This document shows, one piece after another, positions 36,839 through 51,800 of a stretch of 64,000 nt of DNA. This DNA comes from Takakia lepidozioides (lineage: Eukaryota > Plantae > Bryophyta): positions 9,052,001 to 9,116,000 of the forward strand of contig CM060731.1 of the NCBI GenBank assembly GCA_030704615.1, given 5' to 3'. The notes under the pieces are model-generated. The model saw nothing but the letters and a program-made list of their open reading frames with translations. It made no database searches and was not told the DNA's origin. A program made the translations under genes and the position numbers. Each line of letters begins with the position of its first letter. Positions within the stretch are counted from its first letter, which is position 1.

Positions 36839-39800
36839 ATGGCAAAGCAACGCAAGCAGAAGCAGAAAGAAAGCAGAGCCTCAGGTGCCCGTTTGAATTA
36901 ATAGAAGTCAGATGTTGTAAAGAATGGTTTTTTTGGAAATCGATTATTTTTAATAGTGATAATCCAAGGCCAGGAGAGGCTCTTCGTACATGACTGCAAA
37001 TCGGCCATAGTTATCCTCACCGAATAAATACTGTCCCTACTCAGGTGTTGGAGTGGTGAAGGAGGAGGGGTGTACATCGTGCTGCAGTGTCGTTCATCAT
37101 CAAAAGCTGTGTATTGCGATCGATATAGCGGCCCAGCGCATTTATGGGTGAGGCTTATACGTACATTTAAACGAAATCAGACTAGATTGAAACTGCGCTA
37201 AAATGGTTTGTAACTATCAGCTAAGGTTTGAAGTCTAGTTACATGTGAGTTGGGAAAATCTTACCGGTCCCGCACGTTTATGTGAAGTAGCCATAGTGGA
37301 GAGGTTTAGACAGTAAACATTAATTCTGAAACTTAGGGGTTTAGGGTTTAGGTCACGGAAGGTTAATCTTTATTCACATGCACTTCCTTACGCCGCTAAA
37401 GGGACAGTGGCTTTCGGTTGTAAAAGCTTTGTATATCAGGTTTTGCACTGCAGTAGGGCACTAACAGACTGTCATGGCGGTGCCGAAGTGGGTGGAAGCA
37501 GCGGGAGGGGCTTTCAACCAGTTAGTTCCATGGGAAAAATCTACATTAGAAAGTGCAGTATACAAATAACTCGTCAACTCTTTCTTTAAAGTTGAGTATT
37601 GAAAGGGTATGTCTACTGATGGTATCTGGTTATGGATTATCAGTATCAAGAGGCAGAGTAGTCACTCATGAGTTGGGAAGCTGCCAAAAGTCTCTAGAGT
37701 GGGTTTGTGTTCACTCATGAAGTCACCCTGGATACCAAAAAAGCAAAATCTAAAGATACAAGTGTAAAATGTACTTGACTTGGAGGTTCACTGTATGCTT
37801 TGTATGTGAATGCATGACAGACATACTGAGTTGAGAGTTTCAACAACAGCAGGGGGTGCAATTGGACTGCATGCCTGTGGGCTTCACATTGAGCAAGTTC
37901 TGGTAGATGGTATCTCTGCCCAGTATGAGCTGTCAAGTCTACACCAGCACTGGTCCCATGAGGCACAGGCCTCAAGTGGCTCGGTCCTTGCCGCTTATCC
38001 TGGCTCCCAAGCAGATGCAGCTGACTCAGCGTACTCTAAGTATGTGGCAGCTTTGGAGGAAGAGATGGTGCCAGAACTCCTCATCTTTCCTCCCAGTTTA
38101 CCAACCCCAACAGATGCAAGCCAAGAGCCCATTCCATCTTTCCAAGTCAAGGTTGAAGTAGGGCTAGAAAATGGATCAACACAGACTACGCCTGAGGCAA
38201 AACCTGAGCTTCCAGGTGCTGGGGCTCCCCCAGCTCAATCAGAAGAGGTATAGTGCCATTTTGCTTCCACTACAAGTTTCCAATGGCAGTTAGAAAAGCA
38301 CTTCCACAGAGTGACATTGTGCAAGAAATTCACTTTCTATATTTGATTGTACCCTTGGTGATACTTCTGATAATTATTTCCTAGCTGATATTATGGAAAT
38401 TAAGTTGGAGAAACTTCCTGAGTGTTGTAGACAAATGTGTTGCTCTTATGTGGTTTGGACGGCTGTTTTGAGTTCGAAGTATGGAATGTGTTTCAATTGA
38501 CATTGCAATTGAGTTCTTTGCCAAAGTGACGTCCTTTTTATCCATGAGTTTATTGTGAGCCTTTGGCTTTTTGGGGTCTTGCAGTGGGGAATTCAGGATG
38601 ATCAAATTTGATAACCAGATGGCTGAATGTTAGGTCACTTGAACTGTTTGACACAAGGATAATGTGCCATCATTTTGTGGTCATATTCCACTGTAACGCA
38701 ACTTGATCCTCAGGTGGATTTGATTATTTCTGGCACAGATGAGCTCTGATGCAAAACTAGTAGTTCTGGTTAAGACCTTGTGGCCAGTGGAAATCCAGCA
38801 GGTGAAGGTTGTGCGCGTGGAGTACTGGGTGGAGAAACCAGCTGCAGGAGCTCACTTCATTGGAAATTCCCTGCACACTAATAATCAGTTGCGGCGTGCA
38901 CGTTGCTGGTTTCCTTGTGTTGACTCCAGTCTGCAGCGCTGCAGGTATATCACCCCATTGTGTAGTGCTTGTCCCTGTAAAATGGTTACTGTGTCCTGGG
39001 CCTGCCACAGCCCTTTCATCATCACCGAGAGGATACTTTCTTATATAGCTTCTGAAGAGGAACTTAGGGTTCGATGCAAATAACAGGTTTAGTCTTTCAA
39101 GCTAGTTCACTTCTTAGAATCATAATGTGAGAACTGGTGTGGATGCAGACTTAATCTGTATTTTTGGTTGGTGTGGACATTTATACTTATCCATACTCTT
39201 GGCTAAGGTTATGTCTGGAGCTGGTAACAGAAGCTGACCATGAGGAATACTTATCCATGCTAATGTTATGAGCTTGTGTTTAAATTTCATCCAAATCCAT
39301 TGTGAGGAGCTGATGAAGTCGGAGGGGAGTTGTAGCAGCTATTCATAGCTGTGGATGATGTTGTTGATGGTCTGGTACTTAGTGATGGCCATCACAAAGT
39401 TAAGACCACACTCTTGTATGGTTGCGTTTAAAAGGATGTCTGGAATTTACTCAGATGGGTATATCTATATCGTTGCTGATTATTTCTCTTGAGTCTGCAA
39501 GTAGCTTAGGCTATTCAGAGAAATGAAAGAAATGGAACTTTATAACGTCGGCAGAAAGCTCAAAGAGCTTAAGAGAAGGAAAGAACGGGACGTGCAGTAG
39601 GGGTTGTATGTTGTAGAAGCTGATTGCCTTCAGAATCAGGAATGTTCATTCACTGTTTGTTATGGCAGCTTTGATTTGGAGTTTACTGTTGACTCGGAGT
39701 ATGTTGCTGTGAGCAATGGCAAGCTGCTTCATCAGGTGATAATTTTGTGGCTTGCAAATGATCTAAGCACCTAGAGTGGGTCAAACCTAGCCCAAACCAA

Positions 39801-42800
39801 ACTGTCGCCTGGGAGAAGCTGATTTGGACCAGAAGAAAATATATGCTGAAGTCAGGGAGTATTGGTCACTCACTCAAAATATGAAGGGTCAGTTCCAATG
39901 CTTGCAAGAGCTGTACTCTCTATGAAACACCTCTCCCCACTGGGACACACCTATTTGAACACCTGGTCCTGCTCCTAAGTCTCATACTTCAGATTTTCAC
40001 CTGGATGTTCATCCATTATGTTTATCCACATGAAAGTTTTCTTTGGATGTAAAGAGGTTGAAGACGTACAATCTTTAAGCTGCAGGTCTAGCAATACTCG
40101 CTGTGGAGCACATTGCATGCCATGTGTTTTATATCGGACAGGACTTATGTCCCAATGTGGCACAGGTTTACAGGACACTGAGAAGGCGAGATAAGACATA
40201 TGTATACAGTCTTACCATTCCAACTGCAGCAAGCTTCATATCGCTTGTGGTTGCACCCCTTGTGGTCCTTCCTGACCGTCACAATGCAACTGTGTCACAC
40301 CTCTGCATGCCTGGGTATCTGTCAGAACTCCAGAGCTCGGTTGGCTTCTTTCACTCTGTGTCTAGGTAAGTACTCTTGACTACTGTTTGCTGTGTTGATA
40401 ATACATAGTTTCCCTACTGATATATGGGTAAATTTCCGTGCTGACCTCACACCTTGACCAGGCAGCTGCTCCTTTTTGCTCAGGCTCTGCTGCAGGGCTC
40501 TGATTTTTTTGACAAGAGACAACTGCTCTCACTCATGCTTGAGTAGTTCCAATGTCAATATCCAAAACCTACTATCTACGCTCCCTCTGCCTAAATTGCA
40601 AGGCATGGACACTTACATTGTTCATTTAGCAGCTGGAGGAGTGGAAATGTAGTCTATATAAATCTTTAAGAGGAAACATTTTAAGAAAATTTGTCATGAA
40701 CTACACACCAAGCCCAATATTTTGGTCTTCAGGATGTATCACTGGGATTACAATTCTTACTATTAAAGAGTTTCAATGAGCGTGCATATTATGTCCAGTG
40801 TTGTTGTGGAAGGCTTGGTGCTTGTAGAGCTGGCATAATTGGGTTAAGGGGTAAATTTTATGATATTTGCTCAGACACTACCTTCGATGTGGACTGCAGC
40901 CTGTATGAAGAGTATCTGGGTGCTCCATTTCCGTTTGGGTGCTACAAGCAAGTCTTCCTCGATGCTGATGCCATTACCTGTGTGGGCGCATCTATGGTCA
41001 CTTTCAGTACCCATTTACTAGCAGATGAGCACATTATTGACCAGGTAAATACATTGTATGTTGTTTGCTGATTGTCAGACTTGAAGATCTTCCTATTGTA
41101 CAGTGATGGAGAGGATAGAAGAGGAGATGAGAGGATTTGACATAAGGCAAGCGTTGCTTTCGTAGTAGCCTGTTGAAGTATGACATACGAACCCGAGAAA
41201 GTGATCTATTTAACTTTGTATCGGAAGCTCCGATTTATCTGTGTCATTGATGTGTGCCCGTGAAGGCCATAGGTACACGCATCAAACTAGCATATGCGTT
41301 GGCTCAGCAATGGTTTGGTGTCTTCATTACTCCCGATACTGCTGCAGACGGTATTCTTTCACTGTGCTCTTACAGATAGGTTTCTCTAAAAGTACAATAG
41401 GAGAGTCCACATCACACTAAAGCGGTTGGTACGCATTGTCTCAAGGCAGGTGGTGGTCTGATCCAGATATTTCAAACCTTTGGTTTCGAATGGGTAGACA
41501 CTGGTTAAAGCTGCTGTCTGGTGTCTGTGGCAGCCAGTACAATTGCAATTATGTCTGCTGTGTTCTAGGGCTCTTTTTGGTACCTCTGTACATCATCTTA
41601 GTTCAGCTTTTCATGGAGGATCTCGTCAGGAAGGAAATCTAGAAGGGGGCCAAGGAACAATATATTTCAATTTGCTGGCTTTTGGAAGTCATAAGTTGTA
41701 ATCTCAATCCATGTGCATTTGGTTGGATGAAATGAGAACAGCATGGCTTCTAGAAGGTCTGGCTGGTTTTCTCACGGACCTTTTCATCAAGCGCTACCTC
41801 GGAAACAACGAGGCTCGTTATCGCCGTCATAAGGTGCACACTGCCATTTAATTGAATTTTACATTGTGAGTTTCTTGTCCTTGAATATGCTCAATAGGAA
41901 TGTAGAATCCTGCATATGTTGGCTTTGCATGGTATGAGGATGGTCCTTTGAATATGTTGACTAGGAGTACAGGATCCTGCATATGTTGCCTTGTCATCGA
42001 ATGAGAATATTGAAAGGTGTAGATGGATGTCTTTGGCAGGCAAACGAGGCAGTGTGCATGGTAGAAGTGGAAGGAGCTCCGGTTCTAAGCCTGCCACCTG
42101 GATTGGGGCTAGATATGTATGGCACTGAAAAGCTTGGTGCCCTTGGTGAGATAAGGACTTGGAAGGCTGTGAGTGCCCCTTAAATCCCTCCCTTGATACA
42201 AAACTTCCAATACTTCGTGTTGAACATTCGGTTTTGGTTTTTCCTGTGTCCTTCTTGCTATGAGGCCAAAGTGGTATACTGATGACTGCTCATCTCCAAG
42301 GTCCTCTCTAGGAGTTTGAACTAACGAGGCATAGCATTGGTTGGCAGACAGCAGCTGTTCAAATGCTGGAGAAGCAGATGGGCCCAGAACCTTTTCGCAA
42401 GGTACTTCACATCTTTCAATCGTAAACTACTGTTTTGGAGGATCCCCCAATGTCATCGCTGTGCAGATGGGCAACGTTATTTTCAATGTATATTTTCTAG
42501 TCATTCAACAAGGTTGCTGCTATCTATGTATGCAGATTTTGCAAAGAGTTATTCTAAGAGCGCAAGATCCTTTGCGGAATTTGAGGACCCTCAGCACTAA
42601 AGAGGTCTTCCCTGAACTTGCTTTCACAGCTAAGAGAGGAGGTGAGGTTGGACTGTTAGTAACTGACATCACAATGAACGTTCTTTTGTTATTTCGGCAA
42701 TGTGCATGATGGTGAGGCCGGAATGCTGTTATTGTACACTCAGCACCCCCCCAAAGATTGAGTAGTGAACATTTTTTGCATGAGTGTTGTCTTCATGCAT

Positions 42801-45800
42801 GCATACTGGTGTTTTGCCTGTGGCCACATTGTATTCTTCAGCAAGATTTTGAATCAAATTGTCAATTGCAGTTTCGCCATTTTGCAAACAAGCTAGGGAA
42901 TCTTGAGCGGCCCTTCCTGAAGGATTTCTTTCCACGTTGGGTGGAATCATCAGGCTGCCCACATTTGAGGTCTGTCCCTTATATACTTTTGGCTTGTTCT
43001 TATATCATCATATGGAGCAATTGTCCCTAGTAGCATGAATCTTTGGTGCTCAATGTAATTCATGCAGGGTCCTATGAGAAGTGCAAGTGCATCTCTCCAG
43101 ACAGTTGCCCACATTGAAACAATCTAGCAGTTCTCAGGGGTTTTATGATCAGGAGCCAGAATTTGCATGCCAAGACCAGATTCACTTTCTTTTGGATGAA
43201 CTGAGCAACCGGAACAGGCTTACGTCACCATTTTGGAAGTCGAAACTGAGCAACTGTGGTTTCCGTAGTGGTTGCTTGAGCTTATTTACAAGAAAATGTG
43301 GGAAGATCCGCCCCCATCAGCTGTAAATGCTCCATGCAGGGTGTTAGATAACCTTCCACACCAACAAACCTGATCAATGCTAGTTGATCAGGACATGGTG
43401 AGGTGCTGGTTATAACGTTGAGTTGGATTGTATTGGGAGGAAGGCTTGTTGAAAGGAACTGATAACTGACTGTTTCCCATGGGCATCTTTGTAGGATGGG
43501 ATTTGCGTACAGCAAGCGGCGTAATATGGTTGAATTGGCTGTCCGTCGTGATTTTACTGCTGTGCCCCAGATGGCTGCAGGCTCAGGAAAGACTGAAGCT
43601 GCTGGAGGGAAGCCAGGAAATATGGACATGGGATGGCCAGGTATGATGAGCATCAGAGTGCATGAGCTTGATGGCATGTATGACCATCCTAGCCTTCCCA
43701 TGGCTGGTGACGCCTACCAACTGTTGGAACTCCAGTGCCATTCCAAACTTGCTGGTCGCCGCATCCAACGCCCCAAGAAGGGCAGCAAGCCTGATTCTGC
43801 TGACGATAATGTGGAGAACACGCCTGCTCTCAGGTTGTGCCTTGTTCTTACCCTTTTAGTGTTTAATATCCTCTGCGTGAATCGTTGTAAGTGGTTACGA
43901 GGTACTAATGTTGGTTAATGGTTTGGCAGCCTGGAGTCTCCCTTGTTGTGGTTGCGGGCAGATCCAGAAATGGAGTATCTAGCTGAATTGTATCTGCATC
44001 AACCTGAGCATATGTGGGTAAGTTTGGACTTTTGACTCATTTACTTATGCAAACTTAATATGGCAAGGTTTGGTTTAACTTGTACACTGGAGGCTATGGG
44101 GGATGGTTTCATCTTGAACTTGTGTCGTAAATGGTGCAATCCTCTCGGGCTTGCAATTCTGGCCAAACCTGCAACCTAGATTTTGCTCTAGAACCATGCT
44201 AAGGTGATGCAGCTGCTACCAGATAAATCAGCTGGAGAAGGATAGAGATGTGGTGGGTCAAGTGCAAGCTGTTGCAGCCTTGCGTGGGCTTCCTCGCACC
44301 TCATTTGCAGTTGTCAATGCCCTCAACAACTGCCTCACTGACCCTAAGGTACTGTCCAACAAGTATTTGGAATCATCGTAGCAAATATCCAGAGTATTCT
44401 GTAATGTTTATGGGCAATTTGGCAGGTATGGTTGCCTGGATTCCTTGATATCTTGCTTGGCCAATTGGCATTCCTGGGGATGGATTCTACACCAATACTC
44501 CGGCCCATAGAATTGGCGTCTTTCAGTTTTCCATAGTAAACTGAACAACAAGTAGTTCTTCAAAGGAGGCTGTCATCCCATAGTTGGGGATCTTGCCTTG
44601 CACTGTGCAACAGTAATGAACTCTGAATTGAGTATTTACTGCTGTACAAGCAGTATCATGCAGTAGTTCTGCATGTTCGATTGGTGACTGTACATGTTGT
44701 AATGAAACCCGAAAATGGCGTACTTCTTCAGTCATTATTGTGAAGGCATTCATTTTAGCACCCATGTTATGAGATATACTGACATGCATTTAAAGAAAGA
44801 GGCAACTTTTACCTCCACTGGGATGCTGATGCTGGCTGGTTGTGTGGTTTATGAAGGTTTTTTGCCGAGTAAGAATTGAAGCTGCTGCAGCACTTGCAAG
44901 TACTGCTACAGAGGTTTGAGTCCTGACTTGTCCCTTAGAAGAGCTCCCCTCTCACGATATTGTTGGCAGTAGGAGATGTAATTGCAATGCGCACAAGTTT
45001 GAAGGTATAACTGAATGGGTCGTTCACAAGTTTCAGTCCACTTTCATTACATCACCCTGCAGACTTCCAATGAGGTCAAAGATGGAATCGTTTCAGTGGT
45101 TCAGCCTCAACCACAACTGTACATACTTTGAATATTTACAATAGTCTCTACTGATTTTGCAGAATTTAAGCAACTGGAACATTAGAACGGAAACAAGACT
45201 TGTTTCGTTTGACATAACAAAGTGCTTGTCATGAGGAATCAGCAGGCACAAGACCGCCTTGCGAGTGGTTGTGTATCCACTGTTGACTTTAATGTACATC
45301 ATCATTTAACTGGGTCTAGAATGCAGGTGACAAGCTGGGCAGGCCTTTCACATTTGATCAAATACTACAAAAGTCGTCGTTTTGACTCAGATATCGGCCT
45401 TCCCAGGTGATCTTTCTCCAACCACCTGTAGCATTTCTCTCGCGCACTCTGTATAGATCGACTGGTGCTTTGCTTCATAAATTTCTCTGCCGTCTGTAGT
45501 TTTTGTGCATGCACTTAACCTTACTGAGGTCCTGTGAGCAAGACACTACTTTTCACGTGGATCCTCTTTGGATTCCCTCATTTATAAAACTGGACTTATT
45601 GCAGTCTAATGTTAGTGAATTGGTTGTCACAACAGAGAATGTCACAGTGATGAATGGTAAGTGGGTTTATTTTGCACAGGTCAAATGACTTCCACGATTT
45701 GGCAGAATACTTTGTTCTTGAGGTAAATATGCAGATGTGATGTAGGGGGGAGGGCGGTGTTTAAGTTTTATAGCAGTGGCTGATTGCTTCAAAAGGTTTG

Positions 45801-48800
45801 GGGTTCTTCCGATGTCTTTGTGAATCTTGTCTCAATACCTGTTTGATTGGCTGTCAGGTGATGGCCTAGTACTGCAATAGTCATAATTTCCCTTGTCCCA
45901 TACTTTGGCTAGTCACCCTTGCCTCAGTTAAGTTGTCAGAAACAGATGAGTTGATGGAGCGGTCTTGGTTCCTATGTAAGAAAAATGATGTATTGATGCA
46001 GGCTTTGCCAGGGGCAATCGCTGCAGTGCATGGCAGTGATGGAAATAGCCCTCCAGAGGCTGCAGAGTTTATCCTCCACATCCTCAAGGTTTTTGACATT
46101 CCTTGAATATTCTTTGATAAAATCTATATTTGATCAATTTCAGCTTCTGCTTTGTGATGGTAAACTCAAGCTGTCCTTGCCCCTCAATCTCCACCAGTTC
46201 TCTCCACAGGCTGTTGTGCATGGTTGTTAAAGTCATTCATTTACCAGGTAGACCAAACCAAAAGTTATGTTATCCATAACAGTATGTGGACATTTCAATC
46301 ATTGATGGCTAGTTCCATGGAAGTGCACTGCCTACTACTCATCCAGCACTGTGATAGGAACCCCTTCATGCTGAACTATTTTGCAGCAACTGACACCTTA
46401 CAGAAGGTAGGGCCCCGCTTGCTACTGGCAGTTCTTATCTTTTGCATCAAAACTATGGATGCTAAAGGCCCATAGAAGCTTTATGGCTGCTTTTCTCTGT
46501 CTTCTTATGCATAAAATGTGCTATGTGGGGTGGGGCAGCACAATGACAACAGTGGAAATAGCTACTCTGATGTGTATTGGCTGGCATCTGTCATTGAGTC
46601 CATTGGTTCGCTTGAGTTTGGGCCACAGGTGGGTCCTTATATGGTCACTGTCATTTATGAGATTTCCACTGTGCTGGCTTCATGTCTCTCTTTCTCTCTT
46701 GCCTCACCTCTGGGCCTGATTTTACTGCCCATGGTCTGCACTGAGTCCTCCGTGCTACGCCCAAGCCTGGGAGGTGGACACAACTTTCTTATCAACTCAC
46801 CGTCTCTTGTGAGCTGGGCTTCTCTGGTCACATTGGACTCCTGCAGCAACAGGTTTCTCTTCCATGGAGTATGCCTGAAGCTCCCACTATTGGCTGAGCT
46901 TTTGCATACAAAGAGCAGCATGGGTAGAGTAAAAGCAAAGCAGTAAAGATCATGCAGTCAGGCATGTTCGTCATCTGTGGGGTGCACTGCAACTGTTAGA
47001 AGATCGAAGAGAGGAAGTTCCTCAGGCAGCCTTCTGCGTTTACCAACAGCTGTGTTTACGTTTAGGGACCTATGCTGTTTTGTGATGGCTCTTCACCTAG
47101 AACAGCAGGAGGGGGCTGCCTCAACTTTTAGCATTCTTGGGCCTTGTGCACAAGTTGCGTGCATGAGCACTGGGCATTTTTCTGTGTCATTAGAAAATAT
47201 TTAAGTATTAAATATTAAATATTAAATATTAGCAAGCAAAAGTAGAAACCCTAGGCAACCTTTACAAAGCTTAGACCCTGACAACCCTGGTTGTATACAA
47301 CCCTGACAAACTCAGCGAGGCTGAGTAATCCTCATGTAGTCCCTCTCACACTTTCTTGGTAGTACTTCTGAGCTTACCTGTGTCTCTCAGTCTTTATGGA
47401 ATGATTTACCTCTCGTGTTATATACGCTTGTTATGTGCTAGCTCTTTGGGCTTGGAGCTTATAGATCTCTTCTGTCGGTAGGAAGCTGCTTACTTTCTAC
47501 CATTTCATTTCATTTCTCTCTCTCTGTCTAACTTTCTCCCATGAGCTCTTTGAGCTTTCTGCGGACGTTATAAAGTACCATTTCATGTCAGTTCTCTTTC
47601 ACATTGATAGCTGGGCGCTTTATAAGGACTGCTGTAATATCAAAGATACTACAGCCTTCTTGGACGTGAATCTCACTCTAATAGTGAGGGGTTTTATAAA
47701 GAATGCAAGGATACAGTAGAAAGAACTGTTCCTACGATACAAGGCAGCCCTTATGGTCTGGAGTATATCACAAAGGGATACAACTCGTCCATTTGTTCTT
47801 CTGAGATCGCTGAAGCACTACAACCTCTAAAGTGCTACAAAGCTGGTGGATGTGATGGAATTGTGAACGAACTAATTTAGTATGTGATCCTAGAGGCCTT
47901 GCCCTCCTCTTTAACCTTCTTTTGGAAAACTGAAATGATTCTCTTTCGCTGGAGAGATGGTGTCATTGTACATCTGTATAAACAGAAAAGATCCTGGGAA
48001 GTACTGTGGCATTACACTTCTTAGCGCAATTGGCAAGCTGTTTTGTAGGATAATCCACACCCATCTCGAGGTCGACTGCTACTATCCGCTAAAATGTTGC
48101 AAATCTGTGGCATGGGTTGTCAGAATCTGCGGACATTATCGCGGATGCTAAAGCAAATTGACCGCTTCTTACAATTTGATAGGTATTTTTCTTTCAGTAC
48201 CACATGGAGTGCTTGTGGCTAAGAGGAACCAGTTTTGTCCTCATTAAGATAGATCAGGTCTCATCCCTTTTGGGACTGCATGTGTTGAACGTTAGTAAGG
48301 TTTCAATGTATCGCCCTGGCTTCACATGTGTCTTACTCCGAAAGTGAGAAAATGGAAGTCAGGTCATCAGTAGCGTTTTTTGTCTATCTCCTGGACAAGT
48401 TAGTTCAATCACTGGGGTGTGAAAGAATGTAGTGAGCTTACGTTCCTTTTTGTTGTGATGGTCTGGTTGACAGGCTGATGCCAAGCTACAATGGGGTAGT
48501 GACCATAAGTTGTATCCACACTTTGACAAAACTCGCCTTGAGGTTCTCACAAGTGCTGCCACTGGTAGGGTTTCATATTTCTCCTTCCTTACACATGTAT
48601 TATGGCTTTGCAAAGGGTTCTGATCCACTTGCAATGAATGCCATGGAGCATCCCACCCCATGTGCAAGTCATTCCCAGAAACTGAGGAATATTACTGTGT
48701 ATGATGGTATGATTCATGCTTTAATGCTAGGTAGTGCTATGCTGGGTACTCATGAGTATTATGCTGTCTATGCAAGAACCTAAATTGTGAGCTCCACCTT

Positions 48801-51800
48801 TGGGGAATGTGGTGATCTTGATAGGAAAGGATGAGTTCTGATTGTGCTTGAGACCAGGAACGGATTGGGCAGCTGTTGCAGCCATTCAAAGATGCCCAAA
48901 CAACACTGTGGCAAGTGCGGTTGGCAGCATTGGAAGCTCTGGTGGACTTGGAAGCCCAATCAAAAGGTTTAGAAGCAGCCCTGGGCCTTGCAATACGCTA
49001 CATTAACACAGATTCTTCTTTTGAGGGTAAGTCACAGTGTATGTCTGAACTGTGCAGACTTTGCCAACTTGGCCTGCCACTGCCATGCCTCTGCTTTGAA
49101 TATTGCTGCGCTGTTAAAAGTTGTAGAGTGACGTACATACACACTCTTAAACACAGCTTTTACCTTGAATGCAGTTCAAAGCAGGGTGATGGAGCATGCG
49201 GTACAGCTTGGCATTATTAAAGAGAAAGGCAGCTCTGTTATTGGGGGGACCATGTTATCAAACCTTATGGATCTACTAGAGAGCAGCCAGGCCTTCCATA
49301 ATGTGCTGCTTCGCCACCACACATTTGCATTACTGCAAGTCCTGGCTGGCAGGTGCGACTATATGGTGAATTATTCCAATGACAAAGTCTTGTTACATCC
49401 AAGGTTTTTGTGTGCCATGTCCTTGAAGGTACCTAGGTAGTGGGAAGTCTTTGATCTCTTACAGTTGACAATTTACTTAAAAAGTTACAAGAACTGATAT
49501 TTACTTCTGTATTACAGGTCAGCATCCTTGTACCACTTAGTCATGAATACCACAGCAAGCCACCCAACTCAAGAAAAAAATGCTATTTCTAGTGTTAAAC
49601 CAAAACCAGGGCCGTTAAAAGTTCGCATTCAGCGGATGGCAGATGCCCCTGCCCCACCCCGTATTGAGCCTTTGCGCCTTCGACTGGTGCCTGTGCGTGC
49701 AAATGTATCGCAAGACAATTCAGAACGTGCTGAGAGTGGAAGTTCAGGTGGGAAACGGGATATGGACGAACAAAGAGTGGGCAAGGTTAAACTGCGGCTC
49801 AAGCCTTCCTCTTCATCGGCCCAAGAGGGTTTAGGTTAGTCCCATGGTCAATTTGTCTTCAATGCATCGATTTGGCCTGTTTCTCTCTCTCTCTGCTTGG
49901 CAGCCTACCTACACGAGGCCTTCACCCTTAGACAATCGCTAGAACATTAATTGTGGTTTCTGGATTTGTTCCTCTCATGTTTTCTTCCATTTTGTCCCAT
50001 AAGCTCTACGAGCTTTCTGCGGACGTTATAAAGCACCATTTCATTTCATTTCATTTCTCTCTCTCTCTGAATCTGAAGGGCGGCATGAGTACGAAGGACC
50101 TCTTTGTGGGTTGTGTTTACATGCCCACAGAGGGGACCCTTAGTGCTGACGCAGACAAAGCCTTCGAAGATGTAAAGCTGGGCTGTGCTATTGGGTGACT
50201 TCAATGCCCGGGTGGGCAAAGGGCTCCATCAGGACGATATCATTGGGCCTTTTGGTGAGGACGAGCTGAATTCTAATGGCAGACGGTTAATTAACTGTCT
50301 AGAAGAGCTTCAGCTTTTGACCTTGAATAACAGGACAAGAGGTGAGCAAGTGCAGTGGACTCGTGAGAAATCCCAAACTGGGGAACGTTCCATTGTGGAC
50401 TATATCATAATGGACAAAAATTTGTTTCCCCATTGTGCCAATGTGTTGATCGACAGAACTAATATTGGTACCTCTGACCACTTCCTGGTTTGGACTGAGA
50501 TCAAAAGGTGTTTTCCCAACACCAAGAGATCTGTGAAACGTTCGATTCGGAAGTGGCGCATAGAAAAATTCCATAATGAGGAGGTCAAGGCTGAGTACGT
50601 CCAGGCCTTGCAAGAGGCTCTCCCTCATTTTGTCCAATCGCTCCAAGAACTTCAGTCTTGCTCTGACAACGCAAGAAATGAAGTCGAAAGAGCAGTGGAC
50701 TCTTGGGAGAGTTTCGTTTCCTCCGTGGCTGACAAGATCATTGGGAGGAAACTAATTGTCTGCGGTAGAGCTGTTAATTGGTGGACCAATGAGATCAAAC
50801 TCAAGATAGCTGAGAAACGAGCCCTTTATAAAGAGTGCTGCAATTTGAAAACCAACAGAGAATTGTGGGCGAGGTACTACCAGCTCCGTAAGGATATCAA
50901 TCAGCTTGTTAGGTCTCAGAAGAAATTATACTGGTATCAGTTATACAGTGAAATAAACTCAAACCACCATGGTGGTAATGACAAGAAATTCTGGTTGGCC
51001 CTTCAACGTTTGTACAAACCGAAAAACGGTCAGCAAGTACAAGCGCTGAAGACTACTAAAGGTGCAGTGGTGACTTCATCGGTTGACATTGTCAAAACCT
51101 TTGAAACTCACTACAGTATCCTTGGCAGAACTTCTAGGTCTAACAGTGAGGGGTCTTCTGCTGAATGGAGGGACACAGTTGGAAAAACTGTTCCTATGAT
51201 TCAAAACAGCCCTGATGAACTGGAGTATATTTCAATGGGCTTATAATGCTCCCATTAGTTCTTCTGAGATTGTGGAAGCAATTGAACATTTAAATGGATA
51301 TAAAGCTGGTGGACCTGATGGTATTGTCAACGAGCTTATCAAGCACGGTGGCGATCCCATGATAGAGGCCCTAGTTCTCCTCTTTAACCTTATCTGGAAG
51401 ACTGAAATGATGCCCTTTCGCTGGCGACAGGGGGTCATTGTCAATCTATACAAGAAGGGTGACAGAGAAGAACCGGGGAACTACTGTGGCATCACGCTCC
51501 TCAATGCAATTGGCAAGACATTCTGCAGAGTTATAAGTACTCGTTTCGAGGTTGATCTGGAGTCTAGAGGTTGTTTCCACGAAGGCCAAGCTGGCTTTCG
51601 GCGAAACAGGGGCTGTGTGGATCATATCTTCACTCTAAGCCAGATTATCCAGGGAAGGAAAAAAGAAGGGAAACCCACTTATGTCTTTTTCCTGGATGTC
51701 AAAAAGGCTTATGACACAGTGTGGAGAGATGGTCTATGGTTCCGCCTCTGGTCTTGTGGGATCAAGGGAAAGATGTGGAGAGTTGTCCAGAACTTGTATG

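Noticed and set aside
37333-37352. Telomere or interstitial telomeric array
   Set aside because: Only about three imperfect TTTAGGG units in a TAF2 intron; at most a telo-box.
41260-41350. Active M1 aminopeptidase
   Set aside because: HExxH is replaced by YALAQQW, as expected for TAF2.
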